A stretch of 64,000 nucleotides of DNA from Ferruginibacter sp. (GTDB lineage: Bacteria; Bacteroidota; Bacteroidia; Chitinophagales; Chitinophagaceae): positions 14,664 to 78,663 of the forward strand of contig JBGANE010000007.1 in NCBI GenBank assembly GCA_044222465.1, written 5' to 3'. Under the pieces are notes generated by a model. That model had not been told where the DNA came from and did no database searches. It saw only the letters and a list, made by a program, of their open reading frames with translations. The position numbers and the translations under genes are program-made. Of this stretch, positions 40,559 to 50,093 are shown in pieces (positions within the stretch are counted from its first letter, which is position 1; every line of letters starts with the position of its first letter).

Positions 40559-41050
40559 ATGCCATCATTTGATCTTGTTAGTAAGGTAGATCTGCAGACA
40601 CTCGACAATGCAATCAATGTTACTACTAAAGAAATAACCAATCGTTTCGATTTTAAGGGATCACATGTTGTGATTGACCTGAATAAAAAGGAATTTAAAG
40701 TAAACCTGGAGGCGGACAGTGAAATGAAGATAAACCAGATCATCGATGTAATGATCAGCAGGAGTATGAAGCAGGGACTTGCGGGTGAAATATATGACCT
40801 TAGCAAGGAACCATTTCAAAGTGGAAAAGTCGTGAAAAAAGAAGTAATGGTCCGAAATGGCATCAAGCAGGAGGATGCCAAGAAGATCGTGAAGCATATT
40901 AAGGACAGCGGATTAAAGGTTCAGGCAGCCATAATGGATGATATTATACGGGTAACCGGCAAAAAGATCGACGATCTGCAAGATGTAATCCAGGCTTCAA
41001 AGGGCTGGGGTATGGGAATTCCTCTTCAATATATCAACATGAAGGGCTAA
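40559..41050 (+). CDS. yajQ: YajQ family nucleotide/c-di-GMP-binding protein
   Basis: MPSFDLVS, NRFDFKGS, VQAAIMDDIIRVTGKKIDDLQ; 163 aa from ATG 40559. Confidence 0.95.
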   Translation: MPSFDLVSKVDLQTLDNAINVTTKEITNRFDFKGSHVVIDLNKKEFKVNLEADSEMKINQIIDVMISRSMKQGLAGEIYDLSKEPFQSGKVVKKEVMVRNGIKQEDAKKIVKHIKDSGLKVQAAIMDDIIRVTGKKIDDLQDVIQASKGWGMGIPLQYINMKG

Positions 41051-41099
41051 GTATGTGATTTTTTTTAATGTTTGAACTTGAAAGTTCAGCAAAATGCCC

Positions 41100-41107
41100 T
41101 ACATTTG
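41100..41107 (+). promoter_or_regulatory. -7 promoter box TACATTTG for rpmE
   Basis: TAnnTTTG 50 nt upstream of the ATG. Confidence 0.65.
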
Positions 41108-41157
41108 CAGCTTGAATAACAGTACGGCAAAATCCGTACACTAAAACGACAAAAATT

Positions 41158-41412
41158 ATGAAACAAGGAATTCACCCTGAAGGCTACAGACTGGTTGTTT
41201 TTAAGGATATGAGTAACGGAACCCAGTTTCTTAGCCGTTCTACAGCACCTTCAAAAGAAACGGTGGTTTATGAAGATGGTAAAGAATACCCGGTAATTAA
41301 ACTGGAGATATCTAATACCTCTCACCCCTTTTATACCGGTAAAAATGTATTGGTTGATACAGCTGGTCGTATCGATAAATTCAACAAGCGGTACGAAAAA
41401 AAGAATAAATAA
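41158..41412 (+). CDS. rpmE: 50S ribosomal protein L31 type B (no Zn-binding Cys)
   Basis: [39 protein letters not shown]. Confidence 0.97.
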   Translation: MKQGIHPEGYRLVVFKDMSNGTQFLSRSTAPSKETVVYEDGKEYPVIKLEISNTSHPFYTGKNVLVDTAGRIDKFNKRYEKKNK

Positions 41413-41465
41413 TTTAATTTAGATTATTATCTTTATTTAAAGTTTGTTTTTCATGGCTATACTTT

Positions 41466-41495
41466 AAGTCCCTTCGGTTCTCCGGGGGGATTTTT
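41466..41495 (+). terminator. Intrinsic terminator after rpmE
   Basis: TCCCTTCGG-TTCT-CCGGGGGGA-T5. Confidence 0.75.
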
Positions 41496-41514
41496 ATTTT
41501 TAGTAGTTTTACCC

Positions 41515-42699
41515 ATGCAAAAGATAATATTTACAGAGGAATACTGTAAACCGGAGAATCTCCATCCTTTTACATATACACGCCATATTCAAGATATCCG
41601 CATTGGCATTTTAACCATTCGTGAAAAATGGGAAAGGTATCTAAAGGTGCTTTCACTTAATAAATGGGAAGATCATTATCTCGACAATACACAATCCATA
41701 AAAATCGATAAAGGAATTGGTAAAGGTGATTATGTACTTATACATGCCAATGTATTGCCTTCAAAAACGATCATCAGTAAGATAAAAAAAATGCGGCATG
41801 GTGAATTCCTTTCAGCAGGAGAAGAGGGTGGGATAGCCTACAAGTTTTCGCAGAAAGAGGTTTTAGGGCTTCATAAAATAAAAGTCAACCATTCGGTAGA
41901 TTACCGGGGAGAACTAAAAGTGATCCATTATCCCTGGCAAATTTCGCAATTGAACGATTGGGCTTTACGGGAAGATTTTAATTTGATAACTACAAAAAGA
42001 AAAAGTAAAGCCATTTCCAGTAGCAATAAACCGATAAACCGGCCTGCAATTTTTATGGAAGCAGGCGCAAAAGTTGAAAATTGTATCTTAAATGCTTCTG
42101 AAGGGCCGATCTATATCGGGAAAAATGCAATAATAATGGAGGGAAGTATGATACGAGGGCCGGTGGCGATATGCGATGGAGCTGTGGTAAAAATGGGCAC
42201 TAAAATATATGGGGCAACTACCATTGGCCCGTTTTGTACCGCCGGGGGAGAAATAAAAAATTCTGTTTTATTTGGGTTCAGCAATAAAGCACATGATGGT
42301 TACCTTGGCGATAGTGTTTTGGGAGAATGGTGCAATCTTGGGGCAGGTACAACCAACAGCAATGTAAAAAATAATGCCGGAGAGGTAAAGTATTGGGTAG
42401 ATGCAGATAAAAAGGAGATAAGCGCCGGAACAAAGGGAGGTATGTTGATGGGGGATTATTCAAAAGCAGCGATTAACACATCTTTTAATACCGGAACCGT
42501 GGTTGGTGTTTGCTGTAATGTGGTTACACCCGGGCTCACGCCTAAACTTATCCCAAACTTTTCATGGGGAGCCGATGGAATAACTAAATACAGATTAAAC
42601 AAAGCCCTGATAGATATTGATAACTGGAAAAAATTGAAAGGGTCTGCAATAACCGAACGAGAGAAACAAATTTTGACAGATATTTACAAACTATATTAA
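41515..42699 (+). CDS. GlmU-family putative sugar nucleotidyltransferase/acyltransferase (hexapeptide repeats)
   Basis: DIRIGILTIREKW, GPIYIGKNA.IMEGS.IRGP, SNKAHDGYLGDS..GEWCNLGAGT. Confidence 0.88.
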   Translation: MQKIIFTEEYCKPENLHPFTYTRHIQDIRIGILTIREKWERYLKVLSLNKWEDHYLDNTQSIKIDKGIGKGDYVLIHANVLPSKTIISKIKKMRHGEFLSAGEEGGIAYKFSQKEVLGLHKIKVNHSVDYRGELKVIHYPWQISQLNDWALREDFNLITTKRKSKAISSSNKPINRPAIFMEAGAKVENCILNASEGPIYIGKNAIIMEGSMIRGPVAICDGAVVKMGTKIYGATTIGPFCTAGGEIKNSVLFGFSNKAHDGYLGDSVLGEWCNLGAGTTNSNVKNNAGEVKYWVDADKKEISAGTKGGMLMGDYSKAAINTSFNTGTVVGVCCNVVTPGLTPKLIPNFSWGADGITKYRLNKALIDIDNWKKLKGSAITEREKQILTDIYKLY

Positions 42700-42712
42700 A
42701 AACTGACTTACT

Positions 42713-43417
42713 ATGCGTAAACAAATTGCTGCAGCAAACTGGAAAATGAATCTGACACTGCAACAGGCAGAATCGTTGATGAATGAATTAATAGCTACAC
42801 CTCACGATCTTAAAGGAAACCAGGAAGCTGTTTTTGGCGTTCCCTTTCCCTATCTGATTAATGTAAAAAGCAAATTAGCCGGTAAAAAAAATGTTTTTGT
42901 TGCTGCGCAAAACTGTTACGATAAAAAAAGTGGCGCCTATACAGGGGAAGTAAGTGCAGAGATGCTGAAAAGTATCAATGTGGATTATGTGATACTTGGC
43001 CACAGTGAGCGCAGGGAGTATTTTAATGAAAGCCATGCGATGTTGGCTGCAAAAGTAAATATCTGTTTAGAAAATGGATTGAAACCCATCTTTTGCTGCG
43101 GCGAACCCTTATCGGTGAGGGAAGCCGGTAATGAAAACAGTTTTGTGGAAACACAACTCAAAGAGAGCCTGTTTCATTTAACTGCTGTCCAGTTAGCTGG
43201 TTTTGTAATTGCCTATGAACCCATTTGGGCGATCGGTACCGGTAAAACAGCCACCAACGAACAAGCACAGGAAATGCATGCCTATATTCGTAAAGTAATG
43301 GCCAAAGCAGGTAATGCTAAAGATATATTTGGGCAGCCTGATGTAGATGGTGGCCTGGTTGGAGGCGCCAGTCTTATAGCTGCAGATTTTGCAGCCATTA
43401 TCAAAAGCTTAAAATAG
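42713..43417 (+). CDS. tpiA: Triosephosphate isomerase with an in-frame internal deletion (lacks YGGS loop 7); possibly non-functional or an assembly artefact
   Basis: AANWKMN, GAYTGEVS, GHSERR, AYEPIWAIGTG, DGGLVGGAS present; ILYGGSV absent; 234 aa versus about 250 typical. Confidence 0.9.
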   Translation: MRKQIAAANWKMNLTLQQAESLMNELIATPHDLKGNQEAVFGVPFPYLINVKSKLAGKKNVFVAAQNCYDKKSGAYTGEVSAEMLKSINVDYVILGHSERREYFNESHAMLAAKVNICLENGLKPIFCCGEPLSVREAGNENSFVETQLKESLFHLTAVQLAGFVIAYEPIWAIGTGKTATNEQAQEMHAYIRKVMAKAGNAKDIFGQPDVDGGLVGGASLIAADFAAIIKSLK

Positions 43418-43420
43418 GGA

Positions 43421-44416
43421 TCAGGAAGAAACAGTTTTTGGATTGCTTGCAAAAGAGAAACTTATATCAGCTTCTGTGAACACGTTTAACTTTTCAAGAT
43501 CAAGTACGGTTTTTTTACCGGTAGAACTGCGGTGATACATAGGAACAAATTTCGCCCCTACCACCACTTCTTTTAATGAGTAAGAACTCCGGTCAACCAC
43601 TGTATTACTGAACATATCGTCAAAGGCCTTTATAAAAACTATTATCTCTCCATTCGAATTGGCATAATCTTCTGCAGTGAAATTATAGAACGGACTGTTT
43701 TCAGTAATGGGATGGACGATCGTCCAGTTCAAAGTGAGCGCATTGGCCTTGTCAAACTCCAATTCAAGCGGAAAGAAACGGTTGATCATTTTTCCCTGTT
43801 CTTCTACTACCATTCCCAAAGTGACTTTTGCCTCTGCATCGGTAAGTGTGGTATTCTTATACGGCGTCACTCTTAACATTAACCCGGTAATGTCTTTATA
43901 AGGTGCAATGATGGCATTGTCTGAAAATTTAAGATATGCAGTAGGTTTGCTAAACCTGCCATAAAATAAACCAGTGGCAATGGCAAAACTAAGCAGTCCT
44001 GTCAGGGCTTCCGTGGCGGCAATAAAACTGGTTAAAAACCCTTCGGGGCTTATATGCCCATAGCCAACTGTTGTGAATGTTTGTGCACTGAAAAAATAAG
44101 CCGACCCGAACTTTCCCCACTCAGACAAGCTTGAAATGCCATTTAAATATTCAACACCCACAAAATAATAAATGCATGCAAAAACAAAGTTTATAATAAG
44201 ATAAAAAGAAAAAAGAATGATAAGGAACTTCCATCTTGGCAAGGCAAGCATAGTATGATACCAGCTGATGCGACCTAAAAAACCAATGCCACGTATCTCA
44301 ATATTGGGTTTACCATCCTTATTCACAAAGCGTCCGCCATAATCGGAGGCATTTGTTCCAAAACCGGTGTTGATCTCTGTTTTGGCTTTCGAATTTATCT
44401 TGCGCAATAATGCCAT
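43421..44416 (-). CDS. Inward-rectifier (KirBac-like) potassium channel
   Basis: Two TM helices, FFSAQTFTTVGYG selectivity filter, cytoplasmic Kir domain (RFSKP, LNWTIVHPITENSP). Confidence 0.88.
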   Translation of the reverse strand: MALLRKINSKAKTEINTGFGTNASDYGGRFVNKDGKPNIEIRGIGFLGRISWYHTMLALPRWKFLIILFSFYLIINFVFACIYYFVGVEYLNGISSLSEWGKFGSAYFFSAQTFTTVGYGHISPEGFLTSFIAATEALTGLLSFAIATGLFYGRFSKPTAYLKFSDNAIIAPYKDITGLMLRVTPYKNTTLTDAEAKVTLGMVVEEQGKMINRFFPLELEFDKANALTLNWTIVHPITENSPFYNFTAEDYANSNGEIIVFIKAFDDMFSNTVVDRSSYSLKEVVVGAKFVPMYHRSSTGKKTVLDLEKLNVFTEADISFSFASNPKTVSS

Positions 44417-44529
44417 AATCAGGTCGTCAATTGTTTTTTATTTTTTACTGGACTATTCAGCTAAATTTGAGTTACTCAAATATATGATTTTGACTGCAGA
44501 TTATTTTTCCAACATCATTACTAACCGGT

Positions 44530-45834
44530 ATGCAGGCAGGTAGAACCTTATTTCAAAGCATATTGTGGAGGGGCTTGTATTATGCTACGGTCTTTATCAT
44601 CAATATTCTGATTGCCCGTCATTTCCTGGCCGCAACAAGCGGTTCTATTTATTATATCAGCAGTATCTATTCGTTTGTTGTACTTTTTATCAGCTTTAGT
44701 ATCGAATCCGGGATCACCTATTTTGCTGCCGGTGAAAAACTTTCCATAAACAAACTTTTCAGCTTTTCTATATCATGGTCATTACTTGTAGGCATTCTCA
44801 TATTTGCCTTGCTGTCTTTTACAGGTGAAATGACTTATACCGGGGTTGGTAAACAGTTTTTACTTGTTTCTTCCACAACTTTTATTTGTGGCAACCTGCT
44901 TACTGCATATTGTACAGGGATATTTTATGCAAAGAATGATTTCATGTTACCTAACCTGGTGAGTATTGTCATTGCTCTCATCTTAATTGTTTTATTGCCT
45001 TATAATGGCCGGTCAATAATCGAGGGAATTACAGATGCTAATTACTTCTACCTGTACTTTGGTTCTTTTTTAGTGCAGGGAGTTTGTTTGGCTGTAATTC
45101 TTGTTTCAAAATATGTAAACATGAAACAGTCGTGGTTTTTATCTGTTGCAGAGTTCAGGCTGTTATTCCGCTATTGCATGATGGCTTACCTGGCAAATAT
45201 CATTTTCTTTCTTTTATATCGTATAGATTATTGGTTTGTCGAAAAATATTGTACCCCTGTTCAGCTTGGTAATTATATACAGGTTTCAAAAATTGGCCAG
45301 TTGTTCTTCATACTTCCAACAATTCTTGCCAGCGCTGTTTTTCCACTAACGGCAGGCGGCCAAAAAGAAAAGATAAATAGCTTATTGACGATGCTATCAA
45401 GAACTGTTTTCTGGCTGTATGTTCTGGCCTGCCTGTTATTGGTGATAATGGGCAAATGGCTATTCCCTTTTATTTTTGGAAAAGACTTTGTGGAAATGTA
45501 CCAGCCTTTTGTATTGCTGATACCGGGTATTTTATCTTTGTCGGGCTTATTTACTTTAACAGCATACTATGCAGGCAAGAACAGGATGAAAGTAAATATT
45601 ATAGGGTCATTTCTTGCTCTCGGGGTTATTATAGTTGGAGATAGTATTTTTATACCGGTCTATGGTATCAATGCAGCGGCTTTAATGAGTAGTATAGGAT
45701 ATATTGTTTACCAGTTGTATGTTTTGATCATTTTTAATAAGGAATACCATACGCAAATGCGTGAGTTTTTTATTTTTAAGATTGCTGACTGGAAGAACAT
45801 GAAAAAAATATTGCCAGGTTATTTTAAAGACTGA
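44530..45834 (+). CDS. Polysaccharide flippase (Wzx/MurJ-like MOP family)
   Basis: About 12 TM segments, RIDYWFV...LGNY, YGINAAA. Confidence 0.85.
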   Translation: MQAGRTLFQSILWRGLYYATVFIINILIARHFLAATSGSIYYISSIYSFVVLFISFSIESGITYFAAGEKLSINKLFSFSISWSLLVGILIFALLSFTGEMTYTGVGKQFLLVSSTTFICGNLLTAYCTGIFYAKNDFMLPNLVSIVIALILIVLLPYNGRSIIEGITDANYFYLYFGSFLVQGVCLAVILVSKYVNMKQSWFLSVAEFRLLFRYCMMAYLANIIFFLLYRIDYWFVEKYCTPVQLGNYIQVSKIGQLFFILPTILASAVFPLTAGGQKEKINSLLTMLSRTVFWLYVLACLLLVIMGKWLFPFIFGKDFVEMYQPFVLLIPGILSLSGLFTLTAYYAGKNRMKVNIIGSFLALGVIIVGDSIFIPVYGINAAALMSSIGYIVYQLYVLIIFNKEYHTQMREFFIFKIADWKNMKKILPGYFKD

Positions 45835-45835
45835 T

Positions 45836-46546
45836 ATGCAGGTTAGCAGCAACGATATGTATTTGAATGGGGAGTATTTTAAAAATAACCCTGAATGGGA
45901 TGTGCAGGATGCTCCCTGGAAGGCTGCTATTATAAATGGATTGTTACAAAAAAACAATATCCGCCCCGCCAATGTAATTGAAGTGGGCTGTGGAGCAGGG
46001 GCTAACCTGGCAGAGCTGGCAAGAACAAACCCGGAAATAAAAAAATTGACTGGTTATGACATATCACCCCAGGCCATTGATCTTGCAACAAAGAATTCAA
46101 CAGAACGCATTCAGTATTTTAATAAAGACCTGCTTGCTGAAAATGAAATATCAGCCGATCTTTTAATGATAATCGACGTGGTAGAACATGTAGATGATTA
46201 TTATGGGTTTCTCAGGAAGCTAAGGCCAAAGGGTCGGCATTTTGTTTTTCATATTCCGTTGGATCTGTCGGGTAGAACTGTATTGAAACCCCACGTTATG
46301 TTACAGCAGCGAAAATCTGTTGGCCATATTCATTACTTTACAAAAGAGATGGCAGAATGGAGCCTCCATGATACGGGCTATACAATAATAGACTGGGTTT
46401 ATACCAAACCTGTTGTTGACACACAACCGGCAGATTCTTTTAAACGCTGGGTAAAGAAAACATTAAGAAATTTTTCCTTTGCAATAAATAAAGACTGGAG
46501 TGTAAAAAAGTGGGGTGGTTATTCAATTATGATCCTGGCTAAATAA
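45836..46546 (+). CDS. Class I SAM-dependent methyltransferase
   Basis: VIEVGCGAG, GYDIS, IDVVEHV. Confidence 0.9.
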   Translation: MQVSSNDMYLNGEYFKNNPEWDVQDAPWKAAIINGLLQKNNIRPANVIEVGCGAGANLAELARTNPEIKKLTGYDISPQAIDLATKNSTERIQYFNKDLLAENEISADLLMIIDVVEHVDDYYGFLRKLRPKGRHFVFHIPLDLSGRTVLKPHVMLQQRKSVGHIHYFTKEMAEWSLHDTGYTIIDWVYTKPVVDTQPADSFKRWVKKTLRNFSFAINKDWSVKKWGGYSIMILAK

Positions 46547-46552
46547 TTTTGT

Positions 46553-47725
46553 TTGAAAAATGTACTTTGGTTAGCAAGCTGGTATCCAAACCGCATGGAT
46601 AATTTTGACGGCGATTTCATTCAGCGCCATGCAAGGGCTGTTGCCAATTATTGTTCCGTTTATGTTATCTGTGTAATAAAGGACGTTTCAATTTCCGGTA
46701 AAGAACCGGTGATAGAAAAAAATGTCACCGGCAATTTAACCGAAGAAATCATTTATTACAATTCTGCAAAAACAGGTATCTCTATTCTCGATAAATATTT
46801 TTCTCAGCGGAAATATAACCGGCTATATCAAAATGTTATAAAGGAGTATGTTGCTGCAAACGGAAGACCACAGTTGGTTCATGTGCATGTGGGTATGAAG
46901 GCAGGGCCGCTTGCGTTATGGATGCAGCGCCAATGGAATATTCGGTTCATTGTATCTGAGCATTGGACAGGTTATTTACCCAATGCCGATAGCAGGCTTC
47001 ATAGTTTTTCCTTTATCTATCGGAGGTGGTTGAAAAAGGTATTGATAAATGCTTCTGCAATAACGGTAGTCTCTGAATACTTAGGCAATGCCATTAAGAA
47101 ACAATTTCCTGTTACAAATTATAGGGTGATACCAAATGTGGTTAATACAGGTATTTTCTTGCCGGTAGGTAAAGAGCCTGTTGCAACAACACGGTTCATT
47201 CATGTATCAAATATGACCTGGCAAAAAAATGTGGAAGCAATTTTTCAGGCGCTAAGCATTTTGAAAAAAAACAACGTTGATTTTGAGATGAATGTATTTG
47301 GAACTGTAAGATCAAAGTATCAGCAAATGATCAATGAGTTGGGCCTCGAAGGTTGTGTATTTTTAAAAGGAGAAGTACCACAGCCCGAATTGGCAAAAGC
47401 CATGCAACAATCCGATGCACTGGTATTGTATTCCCGTTTTGAAACCTTTGGTTGTGTATTGATTGAAGCTAATGCATGCGGTGTTCCGGTTATTGTAAGT
47501 GATATTGAAGTCTTTCATGAATTGATTGAGGAAGGGAGAAATGGAATTTTTGTAAAAGAAAATGCCGCTTCAGCTTTAGCTGAAAAACTAAGTGCATTTA
47601 TTGCTCAGAAAAATACTTTTGATAAAAATACGATCGCTGAAGCAGCAAGTGCAAAATATAATTTTAAAAGAGTAGGGCAGCAGTTCATTGACCTGTATGA
47701 TGAATTATCTCCCGGCAAAGAGTAA
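46553..47725 (+). CDS. Glycosyltransferase family 4 (TTG start)
   Basis: VIPNVV, HVSN...KN, SRFETFGCVLIEANACGVPVI. Confidence 0.92.
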   Translation: MKNVLWLASWYPNRMDNFDGDFIQRHARAVANYCSVYVICVIKDVSISGKEPVIEKNVTGNLTEEIIYYNSAKTGISILDKYFSQRKYNRLYQNVIKEYVAANGRPQLVHVHVGMKAGPLALWMQRQWNIRFIVSEHWTGYLPNADSRLHSFSFIYRRWLKKVLINASAITVVSEYLGNAIKKQFPVTNYRVIPNVVNTGIFLPVGKEPVATTRFIHVSNMTWQKNVEAIFQALSILKKNNVDFEMNVFGTVRSKYQQMINELGLEGCVFLKGEVPQPELAKAMQQSDALVLYSRFETFGCVLIEANACGVPVIVSDIEVFHELIEEGRNGIFVKENAASALAEKLSAFIAQKNTFDKNTIAEAASAKYNFKRVGQQFIDLYDELSPGKE

Positions 47726-47729
47726 GGAT

Positions 47730-48908
47730 CTATACTTTTTGTTTCGACCTGAGCATATAAATCAAACCGATTAAGGGCCCTGGTGCCAGGAATAGAAACA
47801 GGAACCTGGTATCAATGTAGCCAGATAAATAATTGAGCAATTCAATACTGATGATTGTGATGGAAAAACCGATACAGGTTACCATCGTAAGGGAAGTGCC
47901 TTTGATCGTTGGCACTGCATTTTGAGCTACCAGTGTAGAGAATAAGGGTGAGTCCGCTATTACTGCAAGTCCCCAAAAAATTAAAAATGTAAGGAACGGT
48001 ACTGCAGGAAGATAGAAAATCAGGGGAGATACAATACAACAACACCCGGATAAGAACAAGGAAGCGAAAGCCGTTCTTTTAACTCCAAATACTTGCGAAA
48101 GATAACCGCTTACAACACAAGCCAGGCCACCTGCAGCAATGATTGAAAAGGATAAGACAGGGATATTAAAATTATCAGCAGGATGCAAAGTTTTATAGGT
48201 CGCTAATATCACAGGAACAAATGCCCAGAATGCATATAATTCCCACATATGTCCAAAATACCCAAAAGCAGCAGAGCGAAAAGGCGGGGTCTTAAAAACA
48301 TTAAATATGGTTGTAAAATTCAGCGACTGCCCTTTTGTTCGATAAGAACCATTGGGGACTAGTAAAAACATTAACGCACCCCCGCTAAAACACAATCCCG
48401 ATGTAAAGAGCAAAACCGTTTTCCATGGAAGTGCAACTGTAAAACTTTTAAGCAGGTGGGGAAATGCAGTACCTGCAACCAATGCTCCAACGAGAAAGCC
48501 CAATGCTTTTCCTAATCCTTTTTCAAAATAGTCGGAAGCTATTTTCATTCCAACCGGGTAAATGCCTGCCAGGAAAAAACCGGTTAAAAAACGCAGCACC
48601 ATTAAACTGCTAATGTTATGTTCTCCCAGCGTAATACTGAAATTTGACAAAGCACCTAGAGCAGCGCTGATAAAAAAAACAAGTGATGGTGAAATGCGGT
48701 CGGCAATCATTAATGCAGCGTAAACCAGTGTTCCAATAATAAACCCGAACTGAACAGCAGAGGTAATATGGCCTAAGGCTGTCTTGCTAAGTTCAAGGTC
48801 TTTAACAAGGTCTGAAAGAATAGCATTACCGGCAAACCAGAGCGATGTACACAGAAACTGGGCAATAACAATTGTTGCCAGAACCAGGTTGGTATTCTTT
48901 TTTATCAT
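47730..48908 (-). CDS. MFS transporter
   Basis: 12-TM pattern; TSLWFAGNA, LAGIYPVGMKIA, GHMWELYAFW, ADSPLFS. Confidence 0.88.
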   Translation of the reverse strand: MIKKNTNLVLATIVIAQFLCTSLWFAGNAILSDLVKDLELSKTALGHITSAVQFGFIIGTLVYAALMIADRISPSLVFFISAALGALSNFSITLGEHNISSLMVLRFLTGFFLAGIYPVGMKIASDYFEKGLGKALGFLVGALVAGTAFPHLLKSFTVALPWKTVLLFTSGLCFSGGALMFLLVPNGSYRTKGQSLNFTTIFNVFKTPPFRSAAFGYFGHMWELYAFWAFVPVILATYKTLHPADNFNIPVLSFSIIAAGGLACVVSGYLSQVFGVKRTAFASLFLSGCCCIVSPLIFYLPAVPFLTFLIFWGLAVIADSPLFSTLVAQNAVPTIKGTSLTMVTCIGFSITIISIELLNYLSGYIDTRFLFLFLAPGPLIGLIYMLRSKQKV

Positions 48909-49023
48909 TACGTGTTAGTAAACTGATTTAAAATTAACGCTTATCGGTAAACAGGCAGTGATTATTTGATAATCGTATCTAAATGTTACTTTCGCAGAAT
49001 ATTATTAATCAAAATATCAAAGA

Positions 49024-49470
49024 ATGAGTGAAGTAAAACTTACGCAGGGTGAAATTCACACCAACAAAGGAGTAATGAAATTTGAATTGTATGATGATGA
49101 TGCCCCCATAGCAGTGGCCAATTTTAAAAAGTTAATTACAGAAGGCTTTTATAACGGGCTTAGTTTTCACCGGGTGATTCCTGGTTTTATGATACAGGGT
49201 GGTTGTCCAAACGGAACCGGCTCAGGTGGGCCGGGTTACACTATCAATTGCGAATTGAAAGGAACTAAGCAGACCCATGATCGTGGAGTCATTTCCATGG
49301 CGCACCGGGGTTTAAATACCGGGGGTTCCCAGTTTTTTATCTGCCATAACCGTACAAACACAAAACACCTCGATGGGGTTCATACCTGTTTTGGGAAAAT
49401 TATTGAAGGGGTGGATATCATTGATGATATCAGGCAAGGCGATATTATGGAAAAACTCATCCTGCTTTAA
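49024..49470 (+). CDS. Cyclophilin-type peptidyl-prolyl cis-trans isomerase
   Basis: FYNGLSFHRVIPGFMIQGGCP, SMAHRG.NTGGSQFFI, HLDGVHTCFG. Confidence 0.96.
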   Translation: MSEVKLTQGEIHTNKGVMKFELYDDDAPIAVANFKKLITEGFYNGLSFHRVIPGFMIQGGCPNGTGSGGPGYTINCELKGTKQTHDRGVISMAHRGLNTGGSQFFICHNRTNTKHLDGVHTCFGKIIEGVDIIDDIRQGDIMEKLILL

Positions 49471-49494
49471 ACTTATCGCCGGTTTAGATAATAA

Positions 49495-49530
49495 AATTCC
49501 TTATGCAAACCCATGTCTGCATAAGGAATT
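49495..49530. terminator. Bidirectional terminator between the PPIase gene and the small ORF
   Basis: 13-bp perfect arms AATTCCTTATGCA / TGCATAAGGAATT. Confidence 0.8.
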
Positions 49531-49555
49531 AATTTTTTCCACTAAATGCTCAGTT

Positions 49556-49660
49556 TTACCATGCCAGGTAAGCAACTAATGCCATAGCAGCATAGAAGCA
49601 GGCGATCAGCCCAATTGCAGTTAATACATCTGCAAGCAGAGGTGAATAGAACTTTTTCAT
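49556..49660 (-). CDS. 34-aa hydrophobic small protein (not in the ORF track)
   Basis: MKKFYSPLLADVLTAIGLIACFYAAMALVAYLAW*; promoter-like TATCTTGC at 49774-49781; terminator downstream. Confidence 0.55.
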   Translation of the reverse strand: MKKFYSPLLADVLTAIGLIACFYAAMALVAYLAW

Positions 49661-50093
49661 AACCTACGGTTAAAATTGATTAAAAAATAAAATGAAGGAT
49701 TTCGTAAAATAGAGGATCACTGAAAAAGTTGAATCCTGGGGGTGTGAGTATTGTCAGAGGTGTAGGATCAGGTGCAAGATAAAAATAATAGTTTGTCCAT
49801 GCAAGAATTCTTCAAAAAAACTGCAACTGCTATTTGCTCCGTTATATATAAATTAATTGTGGTTAGTAAGCTAATAAATATAGAATCATGGTCATGTGTT
49901 TGCTCTAAAAAAAGCCCAATGATCATCTATTAATACAGGGTTTATTGATATCGGTATTTTAAAAAGATTATAAAAAAGCATAAATGCCTTCACCGTGTTT
50001 TTAAAGGGTTTGTCACATTTTTTTCACAATGAAACAATGGCCGGAAAGTCAATGTTTTAATTTAGTAATTTTATTAAAATTTAGAGGCATATC

